Assembly (NCBI GenBank): GCA_963729625.1
Contig: CAVSOU010000011.1
Coordinates: forward strand, 416,001 to 480,000
Length of the DNA stretch: 64,000 nucleotides
Direction of reading: 5' to 3'
DNA from: an uncultured bacterium
Lineage (GTDB): Bacteria > Chloroflexota > UBA5177 > JANWHV01
Of the stretch, positions 59,078 through 64,000 are shown piece by piece. The notes beneath the pieces are model-generated. The model saw nothing but the letters and a program-made list of their open reading frames with translations. It was not told the origin of the DNA and did no database searches. Numbering within the stretch: position 1 is the stretch's first letter; every line of letters starts with the position of its first letter. Both the position numbers and the translations under genes were made by a program.

Positions 59078-60727
59078 ATGAGTCCAACGGTAGAAGGTAT
59101 CGTCATAGCTGTCGCCGCGGTTGCCGGGCTCATGTTGATCATTTCCGTGCTGGGCACTATCTACAGAAAGGTAGGGCCCAACCGGGCGCTGATCGTCTTT
59201 GGCAAGGGAGGAACCAAGGTCGTGGTCGGTGGCGGCACACTGATCCTCCCACTGTTCCAGCGAGCCATGGAATTCAATCTCGAGCTGATGAGCTTCGACG
59301 TGGCTCCTTCATTCCTGCTGTACACGACACAGGGTATTCCGGTCAAAGTCGAGGCGATCACGCAGCTCAAAGTCGAGAACGAAGCTGAAAAAATCAAGCG
59401 GGCTGCGAACCAGTTCTTGAGCAAGAGCGAGGATGAGCGGGAGACGATGGTCCGCCAGGTAATGGAGGGGCACCTTCGCGGGATCGTCGGCCAGCTGACC
59501 GTCGAGCAGTTGGTGAAAGACCCCGAGATGGTCTCCGCCCGCATGCGCGAGACCGTTGCCGGCGATCTGGACAAGCTCGGGCTTGAAGTGATCAGCTTCA
59601 CATTGAAGGATGTAGCGGACGAATCGGGCTACATCCAGAACATGAGCCGGCCAGAAATAGCGCGCAACAAGCAGATGGCGGAGATCGCCGAAGCGGAGAT
59701 GACGAGAAACGTTGCCATCCGCTCTGCCGAGACGTCCAGAGAGTCCGCGCAGGCGAGGGCCAAGGCGGATCAGGAGCGGGTACTGGCCGAGACGCTATCC
59801 AAGACGGCGCAGGCGGAGGCTCAACGCGATCTGGAGGTGAAACAGGCTGAGTATCTGAGCACGATCTCCGGCCAGAAGGCGCAGGCCGATCGGGCGTACG
59901 ACATACAGGCAAGCATCACCCAGCAGAAACTCATCGAAGAGAAGACGAAGATCGATATCGTCCAGAAGCAGCAGGAAGCCAAGGTCCAGGAGGCGGAGGG
60001 CGTGCGGCGGACGGCGGAGCTCATCGCCACGGTGCAGCGCCAGGCCGAGGCTGAGCGCGAACGGATCCGCATCCTGGCAGAGGCCGAGCAGCGACGCGCG
60101 ATTCTTGACGCGGAGGGGAAGGCCAAGGCGATAGTGCTCCAGCTCGAGTCAGAAGCCGAAGGTAAGGCTCGAGCGGTACGCCTGCAAGCCGATGCGGATG
60201 CCATGGCGATCAAGGCGCGCGGCGAGGCCGAGGCCGATGCCCTCCGCCTGAAGGGCATGGCGGAAGCCGACGCGATCAGGGCTCGCGGCATGGCGGAAGC
60301 GGAGTCGCTTCGCCGGCGCGTCGAAGCCTTGAACGCGCAAAACCAGGCTGCCATCCTGGACAAGGCGCTGAGCGGCTTGCCCGAGATCGCCGGTCACCTG
60401 TTCGAAGCGTACGGACACGTGGGCAACGTGACATACGTAGCATCGGGCGACGGCGATGGCGTCACTGCCAAGATTACACGGGACGTGATAGGCATGGTGC
60501 CGTTGCTGGGCGCCGTTTTCGAATCTACCACCGGCCTGAAGCTGCGCGATCTGATCAGCCACCAGACTGGCGGCAACGGCCACGACCAGACGCCGGCCAT
60601 AGTCAACGACGCGGATGTGGCCTCGACTGCCGGGCCTCGGCCGGCGGAAATTGCAATGCAGGACGCGCCGGCCAGTGCTGCACCGGTAACTGCCGTCGTA
60701 TCGAGCGCGCCTGGGGCCCCAGTCTGA
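59078..60727 (+). CDS. Flotillin/SPFH domain protein
   Basis: YRKVGPNRALIVFG, MEGHLRGIVGQLTVE, LGLEVISFTLKDV, AEA-rich coiled coil. Confidence 0.93.
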   Translation: MSPTVEGIVIAVAAVAGLMLIISVLGTIYRKVGPNRALIVFGKGGTKVVVGGGTLILPLFQRAMEFNLELMSFDVAPSFLLYTTQGIPVKVEAITQLKVENEAEKIKRAANQFLSKSEDERETMVRQVMEGHLRGIVGQLTVEQLVKDPEMVSARMRETVAGDLDKLGLEVISFTLKDVADESGYIQNMSRPEIARNKQMAEIAEAEMTRNVAIRSAETSRESAQARAKADQERVLAETLSKTAQAEAQRDLEVKQAEYLSTISGQKAQADRAYDIQASITQQKLIEEKTKIDIVQKQQEAKVQEAEGVRRTAELIATVQRQAEAERERIRILAEAEQRRAILDAEGKAKAIVLQLESEAEGKARAVRLQADADAMAIKARGEAEADALRLKGMAEADAIRARGMAEAESLRRRVEALNAQNQAAILDKALSGLPEIAGHLFEAYGHVGNVTYVASGDGDGVTAKITRDVIGMVPLLGAVFESTTGLKLRDLISHQTGGNGHDQTPAIVNDADVASTAGPRPAEIAMQDAPASAAPVTAVVSSAPGAPV

Positions 60728-60830
60728 CGGGGACGCCAAGTGAAGGAGCGCGCCGGTGCCCGCGCTGGGGTGGGCGGACCGCTACCATGCAGATACCGCC
60801 GGGCAGTGCACAGGCAAGAATGGAGAGTTG

Positions 60831-61814
60831 ATGCCGGCTGAAACCACTCCGGAGGAGGGGCCGCACGTGTATTCGGAGCCAACCGTACGTCCCCTCCGCG
60901 AGCATGAGCTGAGCGCGGCCGATCGCGTCGTTCGTCTGGCTTTCGGTACGATGCTGGGATTGCCGGATCCCACGAGTTTCCTCGGCGACGCGGATCTTGT
61001 CGGCACGCGGTTTGCCGGCGACGCCTCCGTAGCCCTCGCCGCGGTGGCGGGAAGCGACGTGGTCGGATACAACTGTGTAAGCCGTTGGGGCAGCGTGGGC
61101 TTCTTCGGCCCGCTTGCCGTCCACCCAGAGTGGTGGAATCGCGGTGTTGCCCAGAAGCTGATTGGCGCGACCCTTGAGTTGTTCGCCGCATCCGGCACAA
61201 GCCACCTCGGCCTGTTCACGGCGCCGGAAAGCATCAAACATCTCCATCTGTACCAGAAGTTCGACTTCTGGCCCCGTTTCCTGACGCCAATTATGCAGAA
61301 GGTTGGAAGCGCGCCCGGCGCCGAGGACACGTGGTCTCGCTTCTCACGAATCGCCAAAGAGGAGCGCACCGGATGTCTCCGGGCGTGCCGAGCGGTCACC
61401 GACGCCGTGCTGGATGGTCTCGACGTGACGGCCGAAATCCAGTCCGTCGAAGCTCAATGCCTTGGCGACACTGTGCTCCTCTGGGACGGCAGCCGGTTAG
61501 CCGGGTTTGCTGTCTGCCACTGCGGTGCGGACAGCGAAGCCGGATCCGGAACATGCTACGTGAAGTTCGGAGTCGTCCTTCCAGGCCCTCGAGCAGCGGA
61601 GTACTTTGCGCGACTCCTCAACGCGTGCGAAGCGCTTGCCACGGCGGAGCAGGCAGGCACGATAGTAGCCGGTGTGAACATGGCCCGGCACGATGCGTAC
61701 CGGCGGATGTTGGCGGCGGGATATCGCACGCAGAGCGAGGGAATCGCCCTGCACCGGCAGAATGACCCGGGATACAACCGACCAGACGTCTTCCTCATCG
61801 ACGACTGGCGCTAG
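60831..61814 (+). CDS. GNAT family acetyltransferase (tandem GNAT)
   Basis: GPLAVHPEWWNRGVAQKL, LYQKFDF, second degenerate GNAT half. Confidence 0.82.
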   Translation: MPAETTPEEGPHVYSEPTVRPLREHELSAADRVVRLAFGTMLGLPDPTSFLGDADLVGTRFAGDASVALAAVAGSDVVGYNCVSRWGSVGFFGPLAVHPEWWNRGVAQKLIGATLELFAASGTSHLGLFTAPESIKHLHLYQKFDFWPRFLTPIMQKVGSAPGAEDTWSRFSRIAKEERTGCLRACRAVTDAVLDGLDVTAEIQSVEAQCLGDTVLLWDGSRLAGFAVCHCGADSEAGSGTCYVKFGVVLPGPRAAEYFARLLNACEALATAEQAGTIVAGVNMARHDAYRRMLAAGYRTQSEGIALHRQNDPGYNRPDVFLIDDWR

Positions 61815-61825
61815 CCGCGGGCCTG

Positions 61826-62749
61826 TCACTTCTGCGCGGCATACGCTACGGCGATGCGCGAGGCGATTGTGGCGTTGTTACGGATCAGGGCAATGTTCGT
61901 CGACAGGCTTTCGCCCTCGGTCGTGCGGCGAATCTCGTCGAGCAGATAGGGCGTCACGTCGGCACGCGAAATGCCGGCAGACGACGCGGCAGTCAGCGCG
62001 GCCTCAATGGCCCGCTGCATGATCTCCGGGTCGAGCGCGAACTCGGGAGGAACCGGACAGGCTACCAGAATACCACTGCCCAGACCGAGCGACCAATGCA
62101 GCCGCGCGACCCGCGCAACCGTTTCGGGCTCGTCGATCCGTGCATCGACGCGGTAGGGCGTCGAGGGCACGTAGAAGCCTGGAAAGCGATCTGTGCCGAA
62201 CCCCACCACCGGAACGCCTTGGGTCTCGAGGTATTCGAGCGTCAGCCCGATGTCCAGTATCGCCTTGGCCCCGGCGCACACGACCACCACCGGCGTACGC
62301 GCCAGCTCCATGAGATCGGCCGAGATATCGAGTGTCTGGGCGCCGCCACGATGCACGCCTCCAATACCTCCTGTGGCAAACACGGCTATGCCGGCTTGCG
62401 CACCGCACCACATGGTCGCCGCGACGGTGGTTGCTCCCCATCCGCCGGCTGCAAGCACGAGGCTGAGATTGCGACGACTGAGTTTGGCCACGCCGGTTCT
62501 GCGCGCCAGTTGCTCGACCTCAGCTGCGCCCAGACCCACGCGTATGACGCCGTCGATAACGGCTATCGTCGCCGGCACGGCGCCCTGGCTGCGCACGGCA
62601 GCCTCCGCTTCGTGCGCCACCTCCAGGTTTTGCGGCCAGGGAAAGCCGTGTGAAATGATCGTCGACTCCAGCGCGACGATCGGGCGACCTTCAAGCTTGG
62701 CAGCTGCGACTTCGGGCGATATGGAGAAGGATGGATGCGGCGTGCTCAG
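61826..62749 (-). CDS. psuG: Pseudouridine-5'-phosphate glycosidase (non-canonical start)
   Basis: PIVALESTIISHGFPWPQN, PATIA, GATTVAATM, FATGGIGGVHRG, DISADL, CAGAKAILD, VTPYLL. Confidence 0.92.
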   Translation of the reverse strand: MSTPHPSFSISPEVAAAKLEGRPIVALESTIISHGFPWPQNLEVAHEAEAAVRSQGAVPATIAVIDGVIRVGLGAAEVEQLARRTGVAKLSRRNLSLVLAAGGWGATTVAATMWCGAQAGIAVFATGGIGGVHRGGAQTLDISADLMELARTPVVVVCAGAKAILDIGLTLEYLETQGVPVVGFGTDRFPGFYVPSTPYRVDARIDEPETVARVARLHWSLGLGSGILVACPVPPEFALDPEIMQRAIEAALTAASSAGISRADVTPYLLDEIRRTTEGESLSTNIALIRNNATIASRIAVAYAAQK

Positions 62750-63717
62750 GCGAATGCGCTACCTCCAACACTTGGGCCGCTCAGGCCGTCATAGCTCTCA
62801 GGAAGGAGGGTATCGATTGAAAGTCGCGGACGGGCGCCGACGTGCTGTACGACAGCGGCGGCCAGGCCGTTGGCAAAGCGCAGCGCATCCGCGAGCGATC
62901 GGCGCTGGGCAACACCAACGGTGAAGGCCGCGGCGAACGCGTCGCCGGCACCGGTCGTGTCAACCACCGGCACGTCAAGGCCCTGGGTGCTGACATACTC
63001 ATCGCCGCGTGCCGCGGCGCCTCGCCCTCCGAGCTTCCAGACGACGGTGGCCGCATAGCGGCGGAGGAATCGGCTTCCATCCTCGGGATCGTTCGAGCCA
63101 CTGAGAAGAACCGCCTCGGCGTCATTGGCAAAGAGCAGATCGGGACCAATGCGTTCGAGCAGCGCGAGAAACCGCTCTCGGCCGTACGCTCGTAGCGGTC
63201 CCACGGATGAGGTGTCCACGCCGGCGCATCCTCCCGCTTGCCGGCACAGCGCGGCAGCCACGAGCGCCGAGCCGGCCAGAGGGCCTTCAAAGAGCGAGTA
63301 GGCAGGCAAATGCAGACGAGAACCCGGTGGGAACATAGACGGGTCGAGGAAGTCGGGCTGAAGCTGCAGCGCGGCGCCGCGATCGGTGATCATGCTGCGC
63401 TCGCCGCGATCGTCAAGCAGCACGGCAATGGTGGCGGTGGGCGCTGGACAACGCATGAGGTGCGCAACCACTCGTTCGCGATCGAGATCGGCGCGCAGAA
63501 AGCCGGACGCGTAGTCGTCGCCCACGCCGCCGATAAACGAGGAAGTCGCTCCCAGGCGAGAGGCCCAAACCGCCACGTTGGCTGCGGATCCACCCGGCCG
63601 CACGCGGACAACTCCGCGCGCGTCGCTCCCGGCGACCACGTCATGGTCGGGTGCAACAAACACGTCGAGAGCCAGGTCGCCGAGGGCGACAATCGACGGC
63701 CTATTCGCCGCGATCAT
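62746..63717 (-). CDS. PfkB family kinase (probable pseudouridine kinase by context)
   Basis: PGGSAANVA, FANDAEA, VVDTTGAGDAFAA; coupled to psuG. Confidence 0.88.
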   Translation of the reverse strand: MIAANRPSIVALGDLALDVFVAPDHDVVAGSDARGVVRVRPGGSAANVAVWASRLGATSSFIGGVGDDYASGFLRADLDRERVVAHLMRCPAPTATIAVLLDDRGERSMITDRGAALQLQPDFLDPSMFPPGSRLHLPAYSLFEGPLAGSALVAAALCRQAGGCAGVDTSSVGPLRAYGRERFLALLERIGPDLLFANDAEAVLLSGSNDPEDGSRFLRRYAATVVWKLGGRGAAARGDEYVSTQGLDVPVVDTTGAGDAFAAAFTVGVAQRRSLADALRFANGLAAAVVQHVGARPRLSIDTLLPESYDGLSGPSVGGSAFA

Positions 63718-64000
63718 TGCAGGTTCCGGCACATCGCGATGCCAAGCCTTCATCAGCACGGGCACACTGCGCATCGTTCACCGGCAGGCACCACCCAGAC
63801 ACGGCATCATATCCTCGCGTGTCGCCGCTCTGGCTATCCGACCGCGAAAAACACACAGCACGTGTTCGACTCAGCCGGCGACCCGCATCAATATCATACG
63901 GGCTCGCGACACAGCCGGGATAGTCATTTCCAGGGTCCGAAAATGGCCAAAGGCCCTCCGAGGGTTCTTCAGCCCAAGGTCCCCATGTTCCCAGGGCACT

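Overview
GC-rich bacterial chromosomal segment of about 53 genes. A Chloroflexota-like or other Terrabacteria origin is inferred from protein families only. It is mostly housekeeping and envelope genes: a sugar ABC transporter, a divergent IF-3 paralog, a solitary carB, gntK-zwf-opcA-pgl, an RlmM-like methyltransferase, rmlA/rmlD, MoxR, an O-antigen ligase, a GS-like protein, an ECF sigma/anti-sigma pair, ltaE, a radical SAM-HhH protein, yraN, rplS, a leuCD-like/GGT operon, ferredoxin, USP, GAF, pgsA, yajQ, a rodZ-like gene, a DoxD-Rieske fusion, metY, gdh, uvrC, an orphan response regulator, a GT-C enzyme, a class A PBP, a large S8 protease, sodA, NfeD-flotillin, GNAT and psuK/psuG. I saw no rRNA, tRNA, CRISPR array or mobile element. 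The most notable observations are: two unrelated giant secreted proteins that end in the same four-repeat Y/W-F-x-E-G...NP module; a degenerate stand-alone IF-3 paralog; psuG, which appears to need a non-canonical CTG/ATT start; a GS-like protein with a broken n1 metal site followed by a decayed copy of a GS C-terminus; candidate structured leaders ahead of rplS and metY; and several intergenic gene remnants. All calls come from manual motif reading; no database searches were run.
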